DNA of 64,000 nt from Candidatus Shapirobacteria bacterium (GCA_028704635.1 JAQWFB010000004.1:2656-66655), one strand, 5' to 3'. Shown: positions 41,447 through 51,633, counted from the first letter of the stretch. Numbers and translations are program-made. Notes: generated by a model not told the origin, from the sequence alone.

Positions 41447-42364
41447 ATGATCGAAACAAACAAATTTAATATCAAGACCGTAAAATCAGACAGTAATTAC
41501 GGAAAATTTGAGCTTAGTCCATTAGTTGGTGGTTTCGGCCACACTCTTGGTAACAGCTTACGTCGAGTCTTATTAATCACCGTTCCAGGTGCCGCCATTA
41601 CCAGAATCAGAATTGATGGTGCCAACCATCTCTTTACCACTCTTCCAGGCGTTAAAGAAGACTTAGTTGAAGTTTCTTTAAATCTTAAAAAGATTAAATT
41701 CAACTACAATAAAAACGAACCAATCGTTTTAACCCTCGAAAAGAAAGGTCCTGGTGTTATTACTGCTGGTGATATTGCTGATTCTGATTTATGTAAAGTT
41801 GCCAACCCAGAACAAGTTATTGCCACTCTTTCCGACAATAAATCATCTTTCAAAATGTCTTTAACAGTTGAAAGGGGAGTTGGTTATACCTTAGCTAAAG
41901 AACAAAAAACTGATGTTGTTGGCGAAATCATTCTTGATGCTGCATTTACTCCAGTTATTAAAACCAATTACACAGTCGAACCAACTCGTTTAGGTAAAAA
42001 ATCCAACTACGATAAATTAACTATGGAAATTTGGACTGATGGTTCAATTGATCCTCTCGTTGCTCTTAAATTGGCCGCCAAAGATTTAATTAATTCTTTC
42101 AGCCAAATTGCTGATCCAAAAGAATTTGAAGAAGAAGTCATTACTCTTTTAGCTTCTCCTGCCTCTCACGGTAGTGACATTTCTGTCGAAGAAATAGAAC
42201 TTCCTTTAAGAGTCACTAACGCCCTTAAAAAAGCTGGTTATCCAACCATCGATGCTTTAATCAAAGCTGGTCGTTTAGATGTCAGTAAGGCTAAAAATGT
42301 TGGTGAAAAATCATTAAAGGTTATCGATGCCTGGCTCAAAGAAAGAGGCTTCACTTGGAAATAA
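41447..42364 (+). CDS. rpoA: DNA-directed RNA polymerase subunit alpha
   Basis: LSPLVGGFGHTLGNSLRRVLL; C-terminal domain ELPLRVTNALKKAGY. Confidence 0.9.
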   Translation: MIETNKFNIKTVKSDSNYGKFELSPLVGGFGHTLGNSLRRVLLITVPGAAITRIRIDGANHLFTTLPGVKEDLVEVSLNLKKIKFNYNKNEPIVLTLEKKGPGVITAGDIADSDLCKVANPEQVIATLSDNKSSFKMSLTVERGVGYTLAKEQKTDVVGEIILDAAFTPVIKTNYTVEPTRLGKKSNYDKLTMEIWTDGSIDPLVALKLAAKDLINSFSQIADPKEFEEEVITLLASPASHGSDISVEEIELPLRVTNALKKAGYPTIDALIKAGRLDVSKAKNVGEKSLKVIDAWLKERGFTWK

Positions 42365-42367
42365 ACT

Positions 42368-42850
42368 ATGAAACATCGTATCGCTGGAAAAAAATTACAT
42401 CGCAATTTTGATGAAAAAAGAGCCCTACTTAGATCTTTAACTAGAGCTATGTTCACTCATGGTGCCATTGAAACCACCGATGCTAAAGTAAAAGCTGTCG
42501 TTCCTATGGTAGAAAAATTAGCCAATATTATCATGACCAAAGAAGAACTAACCGCTAAAAGAGAATTATTTAGAGTTCTTCAAGACCAACATTGGGTTAA
42601 TCGCGTTGTCGCTAATTTCAAATCAGTTTTTGGTGATCAAACTTCAAATTTTACTACCATTCAAAAAATTAAACGTCGTTATGGTGATGACGCTTTAATC
42701 GTCAAATTCAGTTTTGTTAAAGCTGTTAATTTTAAACCAGAAATAAAAGAAGAAGTTAAAAAAGAAACTAAAAAAATAATTAAAAAAGTTGCTGTTAAAA
42801 AAGAAAAACCAGCAAAGAAAGTTAAAGCAGTCAAAAAGGAGTCAAAATAA
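42368..42850 (+). CDS. rplQ: 50S ribosomal protein L17 with Lys-rich C-terminal tail
   Basis: MKHRIAGKKLHRNFDEKRALLRSL; C-terminal KKETKKIIKKVAVKKEKPAKKVKAVKKESK. Confidence 0.85.
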   Translation: MKHRIAGKKLHRNFDEKRALLRSLTRAMFTHGAIETTDAKVKAVVPMVEKLANIIMTKEELTAKRELFRVLQDQHWVNRVVANFKSVFGDQTSNFTTIQKIKRRYGDDALIVKFSFVKAVNFKPEIKEEVKKETKKIIKKVAVKKEKPAKKVKAVKKESK

Positions 42851-43266
42851 TGAAAACCACAGTTTTAAAAGGTAGTAGTGTTGAAAGAAGTTGGCATTTA
42901 GTCGATCTTAAGGGTAAAACTTTAGGTCGTGTTTGTACTGAAATCGCCGAACTTTTAATGGGTAAAAGTAAACCAACTTTTTCTTATCATCGTGATGATG
43001 GTGATTATGTTGTTGCCATTAACGCTGCAGATATTATTACTACTGGTCGTAAATTAAAACAAAAAATTTATTACCATCACACTGCTTGGTCTGGTCATTT
43101 AAAAGAACTCACCCTTGGTGAACTTATGAGAAAAGACCCTCGCAAAGTTATTGAACACGGTGTTTACGGTATGATTCCTAAAAATAAATTGAGAGATATC
43201 AGAATGACCCGTTTAAAAATTTTTGTTGGTGCTGACCACAAATACGCTGAAAAATTTATAAAATAA
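42850..43266 (+). CDS. rplM: 50S ribosomal protein L13
   Basis: WHLVDLKGKTLGRVCTEIAELLMGK. Confidence 0.9.
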   Translation: MKTTVLKGSSVERSWHLVDLKGKTLGRVCTEIAELLMGKSKPTFSYHRDDGDYVVAINAADIITTGRKLKQKIYYHHTAWSGHLKELTLGELMRKDPRKVIEHGVYGMIPKNKLRDIRMTRLKIFVGADHKYAEKFIK

Positions 43267-43270
43267 AATT

Positions 43271-43684
43271 ATGGCAACCAAAAAACCTACTTCAAACACT
43301 TACACTTATGCTTTAGGCAGAAGAAAAGCTGCTGTTGCTACCGTTAAATTATTTTCCGGGAAAGGTGAGTCTACAATAAATAAAATTGCTATCGAAAAAT
43401 ATTTTCCTAGCAAAACATCTAAAATTGCCTACGACAGACCCTTTTTGATTACCGATACTGTTGGTAAGTATTACTTTCAAGCCAGATTGATTGGTGGCGG
43501 TAAAGGCGGTCAAGTTGAAGCCCTAAGCTTAGCTCTTTGTCGTGCTTTAGTTAAAATCAACGAAAGTTACAAACCAATTATTAAACCAACTGGTTTATTG
43601 ACTGTCGATTCTCGAGTCAAGGAAAGAAGAATGGTTGGTACTGGTGGTAAATCTCGCCGCCAAAAGCAATCTCCAAAGCGTTAA
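43271..43684 (+). CDS. rpsI: 30S ribosomal protein S9
   Basis: ALGRRKAAVATVKL...GGGKGGQVEA...SRRQKQSPKR. Confidence 0.9.
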   Translation: MATKKPTSNTYTYALGRRKAAVATVKLFSGKGESTINKIAIEKYFPSKTSKIAYDRPFLITDTVGKYYFQARLIGGGKGGQVEALSLALCRALVKINESYKPIIKPTGLLTVDSRVKERRMVGTGGKSRRQKQSPKR

Positions 43685-43707
43685 AAAATATTCTGTTTTA
43701 AATAATC

Positions 43708-43737
43708 AACCCCGCCAACTCGGCGGGGTTTTTGTTT
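43708..43737 (+). terminator. Rho-independent terminator after rpsI
   Basis: CCCCGCC-aactc-GGCGGGG stem followed by TTTTTGTTT. Confidence 0.8.
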
Positions 43738-43750
43738 ATAATCAACTCAT

Positions 43751-44479
43751 ATGTCATTTATACAAGCTATAATTCTCAGTTTCATTCAAGGTGTTGCCGA
43801 ATTTTTACCAATTTCCTCCTCTGGTCATCTCAATTTAGCTCAATATTTTTTTAAAATTGAACCATCACTAACTTTAGATATTTTTCTTAACACGGCTACT
43901 TTCTTATCAGTTTTGTTTTTCTTTCGAAAACAATTAAAATATTTTTTTACCAATCTAAAATTTATTATCGTTGCTTCAATTCCAGCCGGCTTAGTAGGAA
44001 TTTTATTCAAAGATCAAGTCGATTCCGTTTTTGCCAACATTCATCTCTTGCCTTTTTTCTTTATTTTAGGTTCGCTTTTTGTTTTTTCAACCAAATTTTT
44101 TGGCCAAAAAGATAATAAATTAAATTATAAAAAGGCCATTATTATTGGGATTTTTCAAGCAGTTGCCATCCTACCAGGGGTTTCTCGTGCCGGTGCCACT
44201 ATTTTTGCTGGTTTATTATTAGGACTCGCCCCAATTCAAGCCTTTAATTTTTCTTTTTGTCTTTTTATTCCAGCCTCTTTTGGAGCCCTTCTTTTAGGTG
44301 CCAAAGATTTATCCACCTCTGGAATCTTAAGCCCAGAATATTTACTCGCATTTATAATTACTTTCTTTGTTGGTATTTTTGCCCTTGGTGTTCTTAAAAA
44401 AGTTTTAATCGGTCACAAATTTTGGATTTTTGGAGTTTATACTTTTATACTAGCTATTGCCACTTTTTTCATCCTTTAA
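43751..44479 (+). CDS. uppP: Undecaprenyl-diphosphatase (BacA/UppP)
   Basis: FIQGVAEFLPISSSGHL, SRAGATI; multi-TM. Confidence 0.85.
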   Translation: MSFIQAIILSFIQGVAEFLPISSSGHLNLAQYFFKIEPSLTLDIFLNTATFLSVLFFFRKQLKYFFTNLKFIIVASIPAGLVGILFKDQVDSVFANIHLLPFFFILGSLFVFSTKFFGQKDNKLNYKKAIIIGIFQAVAILPGVSRAGATIFAGLLLGLAPIQAFNFSFCLFIPASFGALLLGAKDLSTSGILSPEYLLAFIITFFVGIFALGVLKKVLIGHKFWIFGVYTFILAIATFFIL

Positions 44480-44496
44480 CGTTATAATGTCATTAT

Positions 44497-45258
44497 ATGA
44501 TTAAAAAAGATTTTAAAGCTCGTGAATTATTAGAAAAAAGTCTAGTTTTATATAAAAAAAATTTTTTAACTTTATTTACCATCGCATTCGCACCATTATT
44601 TGTCTCTATTTTTTTATTATTAATAGTTAATTTCTATTCTTCATCCGTTTTAAGTGGGTTTTCTAGTCTAATTGAAGGAAAAAATATTAGTTTTAATATT
44701 TTAAGTTTTTCAACATCGATTTTAATTATTGTCTTAGTTTTCATCATTAATTCCGTCATTGCCAGCTGGGGAGAATTAGCTCTGTTAAATACTGTTAAAA
44801 ACCAAGAAAGAAGTATTCTAGAAGTTGGTAAACAAACTTGGAAAAAAATAATTCCGTTTTGGTTATTATCTATAATTTATTATTCCATCTGCTCAGTTGG
44901 GACAATTTTATTAATAATTCCAGGGATTTTATTCGTAATTTGGTTTAGCCTTTGTTTTTGGATTTTTATTGATCAAGACATTAGAGGTTTTGATGCCCTA
45001 AAACTTAGTCGTAAATATATGAAAGGAAATATTTCCTATTTTCTTAAAAAATGGCTTTATTTATTAATTCCATACATAATCCTTTCGATTTTTTTAGAAA
45101 TTATTTTAAAAACAACCAATTCGTCTGATTTCGTTAGTAGTTTAATAGACAATATTTTTGCTGCTTTAATAGGGCCAATTTTCACTATCTATAGTTATTT
45201 TATCTACAAAAAAATTAAGTCAACCAAAATTAAAGCTATCAAACACAAGAAAAGTTAA
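44497..45258 (+). CDS. Hypothetical polytopic membrane protein
   Basis: 253 aa with ~6 hydrophobic helices; no motif recognised. Confidence 0.35.
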   Translation: MIKKDFKARELLEKSLVLYKKNFLTLFTIAFAPLFVSIFLLLIVNFYSSSVLSGFSSLIEGKNISFNILSFSTSILIIVLVFIINSVIASWGELALLNTVKNQERSILEVGKQTWKKIIPFWLLSIIYYSICSVGTILLIIPGILFVIWFSLCFWIFIDQDIRGFDALKLSRKYMKGNISYFLKKWLYLLIPYIILSIFLEIILKTTNSSDFVSSLIDNIFAALIGPIFTIYSYFIYKKIKSTKIKAIKHKKS

Positions 45259-45421
45259 CATTCCCCAGTCTTTCCGCCTAATCTATCTGCTACTAATTTC
45301 TTTAAATTTTCTGACGCTAATCTAATAACTCCTTTCTTTTTGACTTTTTGCTTACTATCTTGATTTTTAATCTCAATTTTAAAAACCAATTCTTGTTCAA
45401 TTTTATTTTCTATATCCATAT

Positions 45422-46375
45422 TTAGATCTGTCCACTCATATAATTTTTCCAAATCAGATATAATTCGGCTGTGGCAGTTGCGTCTCTAGCCACATAATCA
45501 GCAATTTTATTAAATTCACCCGCATCGTACAAGCCAGAAACATCGCCTCCATGGACTCCTTTTTCTTTCGGATTCTCAATTCCAAAAGCTTTACACAACA
45601 TTTCCAATTTGAAAGCATGGCTTTGTTTAATTTTATTTTGCAAATCAATAAATTTTTCTGAACCCCATCTTTTAATTTCAAACGGCATTTTAACTCGGTT
45701 AATTCCTGATCGAATCATTAAATACGGAAAATCAAAACTATCGCCATTATAAGTCACAAATTGTTCATATTTTGCCGTCAATTTCCAAAATTCTTCCAAT
45801 AATTCCTTTTCTGTTCCGAATGTTTTATAAACGAAATTTTCTTTTTCTGGTGTAATTTCTTTACTCGATAAACTTAAAACAATTCCAGTTTTATTATTAA
45901 AATCATATCCACCAATAGCACAAACCATTCCAAAAATAGAATATAAAGCTGTTTTCTTTTTAGCTTTTTCCTTATCCACTTCGGCTTTTTCTAAGTTGTT
46001 TAAAAGATAGTCCTGCTCTACTTCATCTAATTCTTCAAATTTCTTACCTAAAGTTTCAATATCAAACACCAAAGTTGGTATAGAAGGGGAGTAATCGCTG
46101 GCTTCTTCACTGGCCACAACCTGGCAACTATCAATTATTATACCCATTTTTCCATTATATTCTTGAGTTTTTCCATTCAATTCAATTACTTTTCCAACTT
46201 CAAAATTACATTGAGGGATATTATTATTCCAAATTTTAGCTTCAATTTTTCCATCTTTATCATTTAATTCCAAAACATAAAAATTATCCCCATTTTTAGT
46301 TTGTTTAATCTCTTGTTTACTAACTAAAAAATGTCTATCTCTTATTAATTCATTTGCTTCAAACTTAATTGCCAT
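45422..46375 (-). CDS. Predicted 3'-5' exonuclease related to the exonuclease domain of B-family DNA polymerases, with N-terminal OB-like domain
   Basis: Exo I LVFDIETLG, Exo II YNGDSFDFPYL, C-terminal YxxxD-like YVARDA (DEDD family). Confidence 0.55.
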   Translation of the reverse strand: MAIKFEANELIRDRHFLVSKQEIKQTKNGDNFYVLELNDKDGKIEAKIWNNNIPQCNFEVGKVIELNGKTQEYNGKMGIIIDSCQVVASEEASDYSPSIPTLVFDIETLGKKFEELDEVEQDYLLNNLEKAEVDKEKAKKKTALYSIFGMVCAIGGYDFNNKTGIVLSLSSKEITPEKENFVYKTFGTEKELLEEFWKLTAKYEQFVTYNGDSFDFPYLMIRSGINRVKMPFEIKRWGSEKFIDLQNKIKQSHAFKLEMLCKAFGIENPKEKGVHGGDVSGLYDAGEFNKIADYVARDATATAELYLIWKNYMSGQI

Positions 46376-46484
46376 ATTTCAAATTATACCCCATCCAAGG
46401 CTACAATTATGTTATAACTTATATATGTATCAAATACATATTAAAAACTTGACTTATAATATTAAAATGTTATAATTCCTCCAT

Positions 46485-47048
46485 ATGAATTCACTCATAA
46501 CTCTTGGCGACAAATCTCCAAAGGTAATCAATGCCATTGTCGAAATCGTCAAACAAACATCAAACAAGTACGAATATGACGAAGAATTAGACATTATCAA
46601 ATTAGATCGTGTCTTGCATTCACCAATGTTTTATCCAGTTGATTATGGTTTTATCCCTGAAACCCGTTCTAAAGACGGAGATCATTTAGATGTCATGATT
46701 TTAACCAATTCTCCAGTTTTTACCGGTTGTCTTTTAGAAGTCCGACCAATTGGAGTTTTAATTATGTCTGATGAAAATGGTGAAGATGAAAAAATCTTAG
46801 CGGTTCCTTTAAAGAACCCAGTTTATGATGAAATGAAAAAACTATCTGATGTTCCAGAACATTGTTTAAAAGAATTAGTTCACTTTTTTACTGAGTATAA
46901 AAGATTAGAAAGTAATAAAGACGTTGCCGTCAAGGGCTGGCTTGGTCGAAAAGAAGCCTACGACATTATTCGAGAATCTGCTAAAGTTTACAAAGACGAA
47001 CAAAAACAAAAAGAACTTGAACTAGCCCAATCTTCTCTCGAAGTCTAA
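46485..47048 (+). CDS. ppa: Inorganic pyrophosphatase (family I)
   Basis: DGDHLDVMIL, VDYGFIPET. Confidence 0.85.
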   Translation: MNSLITLGDKSPKVINAIVEIVKQTSNKYEYDEELDIIKLDRVLHSPMFYPVDYGFIPETRSKDGDHLDVMILTNSPVFTGCLLEVRPIGVLIMSDENGEDEKILAVPLKNPVYDEMKKLSDVPEHCLKELVHFFTEYKRLESNKDVAVKGWLGRKEAYDIIRESAKVYKDEQKQKELELAQSSLEV

Positions 47049-47545
47049 TTCATCTCTTTTTTACAAATCAATTCAGTTTCTAGCTTTTTATAGTCAATTA
47101 TTGTCAGTATTCCTGTTGCTAGATCGAAAAATGCCAACAGTAAATACAATGGATTCCATCCGCTGAAAAATTTAAACAATAATAATATTGCCAAAGTAAA
47201 CCATGTATATATTGCCAAAGGATATGCCCATAATTTTCTTTTTAATAACATAACAGATAAGAAAGTTTTTATTAATCCATGCGCTAATAAATAAACCATT
47301 CCAAAACTGATTCCTGGGTTTATACTTTGTACTATTTCTACTAACTTATTAGCCAAAAAATCATTTGGATCTTGAGTCAGTTCGTGTTCAGTTATTTTTA
47401 AAATAAATTGCACCAACTTATCTGTTTTGGCAGAATATACCAACAAAGCCCCGCCAAGTATTTCAAACACTCCTTCTAGACCCTTAAAAAAAACGATTAT
47501 TTCAAATAATTTCGATAATATTCTGTCTATTTTTATTTTTGTCAT
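47045..47545 (-). CDS. Hypothetical small membrane protein (4 TM helices); start trimmed so it does not run into the tRNA
   Basis: The track ORF begins at 47596 inside tRNA-Pro; the ATG at 47545 (MTKIKIDRIL) is preferred. Confidence 0.4.
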   Translation of the reverse strand: MTKIKIDRILSKLFEIIVFFKGLEGVFEILGGALLVYSAKTDKLVQFILKITEHELTQDPNDFLANKLVEIVQSINPGISFGMVYLLAHGLIKTFLSVMLLKRKLWAYPLAIYTWFTLAILLLFKFFSGWNPLYLLLAFFDLATGILTIIDYKKLETELICKKEMN

Positions 47546-47550
47546 ATTTG

Positions 47551-47624
47551 TCGGGGATACAGGATTTGAACCTGCAACCTCATGCACCCCATGCATGCAC
47601 GCTAGCCAATTGCGCCAATCCCCG
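47551..47624 (-). tRNA. tRNA-Pro (anticodon GGG)
   Basis: Reverse complement folds as a cloverleaf: acceptor CGGGGAT/ATCCCCG, D-arm GCGC-AATTGGCTA-GCGT, anticodon stem CATGC/GCATG with loop ATGGGGT, 5-nt variable loop, T-arm GCAGG-TTCAAAT-CCTGT, discriminator A. CCA is not encoded. Confidence 0.85.
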
Positions 47625-47765
47625 TAAGAGTATCTATTATTTTACCAGATTTAATATTTCTCCGACAAACTATGTCAAATTCGGGTTTTCTTCGTTTTAC
47701 TTATTGACTTGATATATTTCCTTTTGGTATCACTATAAATGTAAAGTTAATTTTATTAAAAACAT

Positions 47766-48860
47766 ATGTACAAAAAGAAAGTAAAAAAAGAAAAACAAAA
47801 AGGTTCTCCAGTTGGTGGCAATCAAAGTCAAAAAAATGAAGCTATTCGTGTTGCTATGGAGCAAATTACCAAAGCTTATGGTGACGGTGCCATCATGAAA
47901 ATGGGCGAAAAACAGGCAGACATGTCTATCGACATTGTTCCAACCGGCTGTCTTCCCTTAGACATTGCTCTTGGAGTTGGTGGTTTACCTCGTGGTCGGG
48001 TCACTGAAATTTTTGGACCAGAAGCTTCTGGAAAAACCACTCTTTGTCTCCATGTCATCGCCGAGGCCCAAAAAATGGGCGGCACCGCTGCCTTTATTGA
48101 TGTCGAACACGCTCTCGATCCCAGTCGTGCGGCTGCAATTGGTGTTAATTTGGATAACCTTTTAATTTCTCAGCCAGACAATGGTGAACAAGCTCTCGAA
48201 ATAGTTGAAACCCTTGTCCGCTCAAATGCTGTTGATGTTGTTGTTCTCGATTCCGTTGCTGCTCTCGTTCCTAGAGCCGAAATTGAAGGAGAAATGGGCG
48301 ATTCCATGATGGGTGTTCAAGCTCGTCTTATGTCTCAAGCTCTTCGAAAATTAACCGGTGCCATTTCTAAATCCAAAACTATTGTCATTTTTACCAATCA
48401 AATTCGCCAAAAGATTGGCATTATGTTTGGTAATCCCGAAACCACTCCTGGTGGTTTAGCTCTCAAATTTTATGCTTCAGTTCGCATCGATCTTCGTAAA
48501 ATTGCTAATATTAAAACTGCTTCTGGTGAATCAATCGGTTCTCAACACCGTGCCCGAATTATCAAAAATAAAGTCGCTCCACCATTCAGAGAAGCCGAAT
48601 TTGACATCATGAACACTGAAGGTGTTTCCATTTATGGAAGTTTAGTTGATTTAGCTATTCAACACGGGTTAATCATCAAATCAGGTGCTTTCTTTAAAGT
48701 TGAGGGTCAAAACATTCAAGGTCGTGAAGGCGCTAAAAAATATCTTAGAGAAAATCCTAAATTAGCCGAAGATATTAAAAAACAAATTTGGAAAAAAGTT
48801 AAAGAAAATACCCAACCAGCCAAACTTGAGCGACCTACCGACGCTCCAGTTGAAGAATAA
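47766..48860 (+). CDS. recA: Recombinase RecA (with ~25-aa Lys-rich N-terminal extension)
   Basis: [10 protein letters not shown] Walker A; IDVEHALDP; full RecA core. Confidence 0.95.
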   Translation: MYKKKVKKEKQKGSPVGGNQSQKNEAIRVAMEQITKAYGDGAIMKMGEKQADMSIDIVPTGCLPLDIALGVGGLPRGRVTEIFGPEASGKTTLCLHVIAEAQKMGGTAAFIDVEHALDPSRAAAIGVNLDNLLISQPDNGEQALEIVETLVRSNAVDVVVLDSVAALVPRAEIEGEMGDSMMGVQARLMSQALRKLTGAISKSKTIVIFTNQIRQKIGIMFGNPETTPGGLALKFYASVRIDLRKIANIKTASGESIGSQHRARIIKNKVAPPFREAEFDIMNTEGVSIYGSLVDLAIQHGLIIKSGAFFKVEGQNIQGREGAKKYLRENPKLAEDIKKQIWKKVKENTQPAKLERPTDAPVEE

Positions 48861-49510
48861 TGCAAATCACTAGTATTAAAACCAGTAAAATTCCAAATCG
48901 GGTTTGGATAACTTTCTCTGATCGTTCTTTTATTCCATTTTTTATCGATGATATCGTTAAATTATCTTTGGTAAAAAATCAGGAAATTGATGAATCAAAA
49001 TTAAAGCTAATTACAAAAACTGCTTTGCAGTTTATTGGTCGTGAATATGCTCTTCGTCAAATTGCTATTTCTCCTAAAACCGAAAAAATTATCAACCAAA
49101 AACTTAAATTATTTTTCCAAAAAACAATTCTTAAATATAAATTTAATACCAATAATTTAAATTTAAGCGAAATTAATCAACAAATAATTAAAGAGTTAAA
49201 AGACAGAAAACTTTTAAATGATCAAGATTTTATTGATTATTTTGTCAAAAAAAATCATAAAAAATCTCGCCAGCAAATTATTTATTCCCTTCAACAATTT
49301 GGTGTCGATTCCAGTCTTTTATCTTCAGTTGAATTTAACCAAGAAAGCGATATTGATAAAATCAAAAAATTATTAAATAAAAAAAATATAGATAAATCAA
49401 AATTAACCGATTTTAACGAAAAAAATAAAATCAAAGCCAGTCTTTATCGTCGCGGTTTCAATCTGTCAGATATAAATAATGCATTTGACGATTGGCTCAA
49501 TTTTAGATAA
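48860..49510 (+). CDS. recX: Probable recombination regulator RecX
   Basis: Start overlaps the recA stop; helical-repeat protein of RecX size (ALQFIGREYALRQIAISPK). Weak sequence evidence, strong positional evidence. Confidence 0.5.
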   Translation: MQITSIKTSKIPNRVWITFSDRSFIPFFIDDIVKLSLVKNQEIDESKLKLITKTALQFIGREYALRQIAISPKTEKIINQKLKLFFQKTILKYKFNTNNLNLSEINQQIIKELKDRKLLNDQDFIDYFVKKNHKKSRQQIIYSLQQFGVDSSLLSSVEFNQESDIDKIKKLLNKKNIDKSKLTDFNEKNKIKASLYRRGFNLSDINNAFDDWLNFR

Positions 49511-49665
49511 AATACAACAATTAGTTTTTAAATTAAATTATAATTTTAACTTTTTATTCTAAAGCACCCAAATATGTTACTCAAATTAGTCAAAAAATCG
49601 ACTCATTGTTAACTTAAGCCATTTTTCCGTGGTGTGTTTTGCTGTAAAAAGTATCTGGAGGTCAT

Positions 49666-51243
49666 ATGTTAGATGTATTTTTATCGAGAGTTAAGGGTTT
49701 GTTTTCTACCCCAAAGTCTGGAGATGTTAAAGTTTCCAAATCACCTGTTACAAAAAAAGAAAATAAGAAAGAGATTAAAAAAGTAGAAGATGAAAAAGAT
49801 AATAATCGAGTTGTCTTTTCTCCCACTAAAACCGAAGCTCCCGCTCCTGTTGTAAATCCAGTCGTTAATAATGCTCAAATTGATGCTGCTTTGCAGAACG
49901 CCAAAAAAATTGAAGCAGAGGCTAAAGCCAAAGAAGCGGAAGTTTTTCAAAGATTGTCGTCTCTTGATGAAAAGGAGAGATATTTAATTCAAAAAGAAAG
50001 ATCTCTCGACACTCAAACTGCTGAAATTAAAACAAAATTAGCCAGTATTGATGATGTTTATCGAAAACAGATGGAAAAACTAGAAACAATTTCTGGTCTT
50101 GATGTTGAAAAAGCTAAACAGTTAGTCATGAGTAGCACTGAAAAAAGGATGTCTTCTTGGGTAGCCAAAAAAATTGAAGAAGCTCGTGATGAAATTAAAC
50201 AAAAAGAAGAAGAAATTACTAAAGAAGTAATTATTGATAATATTCGTCATGGTCTCACCGATTATGTGGCCGAATACACTGTTTCCACTATTTCTCTTCC
50301 CGATGAAAAAATCAAAGGAAAAATCATTGGTCGAGAAGGTCGAAATATTCGTACTTTTGAAAAAGCCACTGGTGTTGAGCTTGAATTAGACGAAACTAAC
50401 GATATTCGTATTTCTTCTTTTGATTCCACTCGTCGTGAAATTGCCCGTCTTTCCTTAGAAAAATTAATCAAAGATGGTCGTATTCAGCCTCTTAAAATTG
50501 AACAAATTGTCGCTCAAACCAGAGCAGATATGGATAGAATTCTTTTGAATGAAGGTAAAAAAATAACCCAAGAAGTTGGTGTTTTTAATTTACCAATCGA
50601 TTTAATTAAAGAAATTGGAAAGTATAAATTCAGATTTTCCTATGGTCAAAATTTAGCCAAACACACTATTGAGGCTACTAAAATTGCCACTGCCATCGCC
50701 TATGAGTTAAGAGCCAATGTCAATACTGTCAGATTAGGTGCTCTTTTGCATGATATTGGTAAAGTTATTACTGATCAAGAAGGAACCCATGTTGATTTAG
50801 GTGTCGATTTATTAAGAAAGTTTAAAATTTCTGAGGACATCATTAGCTGTGTCGCTGAACATCACGAAGATAAAGAATTTTCTTCAGTTGAGTCAGTTAT
50901 TGTTTATATCGGTGATGCTGCTTCAGGTGCCAGACCTGGTGCTCGTTATGAAGTCCACGAAGAATATTTAAAACGAATGAAAAACATTGAAGAAGTTGCC
51001 ATGGGTTTCCCTGGTGTTACCAGTGTTGCTGCTTATCAAGCCGGTCGTGAAGTTGTTGTTATTGTCGAACCTACCCAAGTTTCTGACACAGAGGCCGAAG
51101 TCCTTAGTCAAAATATTGCCGAAAAACTCGACGAAGAAGCAAAGTGGGCTGGTCAAATAAAAGTTACTGTTATTAGAGAGGTTAGAACTAGTAGCATTGT
51201 TGTTGGCAGTAAAATCAACAAAAATGCGGTAAAAAACGAATAA
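49666..51243 (+). CDS. rny: Ribonuclease Y (KH + HD domains)
   Basis: KH: GKIIGREGRNIRTFEKATGVELELDE; HD: LLHDIGKV...; coiled-coil N-terminal half. Confidence 0.85.
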   Translation: MLDVFLSRVKGLFSTPKSGDVKVSKSPVTKKENKKEIKKVEDEKDNNRVVFSPTKTEAPAPVVNPVVNNAQIDAALQNAKKIEAEAKAKEAEVFQRLSSLDEKERYLIQKERSLDTQTAEIKTKLASIDDVYRKQMEKLETISGLDVEKAKQLVMSSTEKRMSSWVAKKIEEARDEIKQKEEEITKEVIIDNIRHGLTDYVAEYTVSTISLPDEKIKGKIIGREGRNIRTFEKATGVELELDETNDIRISSFDSTRREIARLSLEKLIKDGRIQPLKIEQIVAQTRADMDRILLNEGKKITQEVGVFNLPIDLIKEIGKYKFRFSYGQNLAKHTIEATKIATAIAYELRANVNTVRLGALLHDIGKVITDQEGTHVDLGVDLLRKFKISEDIISCVAEHHEDKEFSSVESVIVYIGDAASGARPGARYEVHEEYLKRMKNIEEVAMGFPGVTSVAAYQAGREVVVIVEPTQVSDTEAEVLSQNIAEKLDEEAKWAGQIKVTVIREVRTSSIVVGSKINKNAVKNE

Positions 51244-51307
51244 CTTCTATTGCAAATTAATAATATTAATTTAAAATTAAGAGGAATTATTAATTATTAA
51301 AAAATAA

Positions 51308-51580
51308 ATGACCAAAAAAGACTTAATCGAATCAGTCTCTCAAAAAGCTAAGCTTAGTAAAAAAGCAGCTAAACAAGCAGTTGAAAATTTTCTTTCTGAA
51401 ATAATGAAAGGATTAGCTAATGGTGAAACTATTAAACTTTCTGGATTTGGAACTTTCAAAACCAAAATGTTCAAAGCTAAAACCATTAAAGCTATTGGAA
51501 CTAAAGAATCCAAAAAAATCGTTGCTCGAAGAATGCCTCGATACATTCCAGGAACCAAGATCAAGAAAATGGTCAAATAA
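51308..51580 (+). CDS. hup: DNA-binding protein HU/IHF family
   Basis: MTKKDLIESVSQKAKLSKKAAKQAVENFL...GFGTFK...RMPRYIPGT. Confidence 0.9.
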   Translation: MTKKDLIESVSQKAKLSKKAAKQAVENFLSEIMKGLANGETIKLSGFGTFKTKMFKAKTIKAIGTKESKKIVARRMPRYIPGTKIKKMVK

Positions 51581-51597
51581 TTTCTTTTCTGAAATTT

Positions 51598-51633
51598 TTA
51601 AAATCCCTCCGTCTTTCGGGGGGATTTTTGTTT
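51598..51633 (+). terminator. Rho-independent terminator after hup
   Basis: AAATCCCTCCG-tcttt-CGGGGGGATTT stem followed by TTTGTTT. Confidence 0.75.

Noticed and set aside
45255-45452. 65-aa minus-strand ORF as an independent gene
   Set aside because: It has no RBS and overlaps the exonuclease stop region. Kept only as a possible frameshifted extension (see findings).
47427-47627. 66-aa plus-strand ORF overlapping tRNA-Pro
   Set aside because: It overlaps a convincing tRNA and the 5' end of the minus-strand membrane-protein gene, with no RBS.
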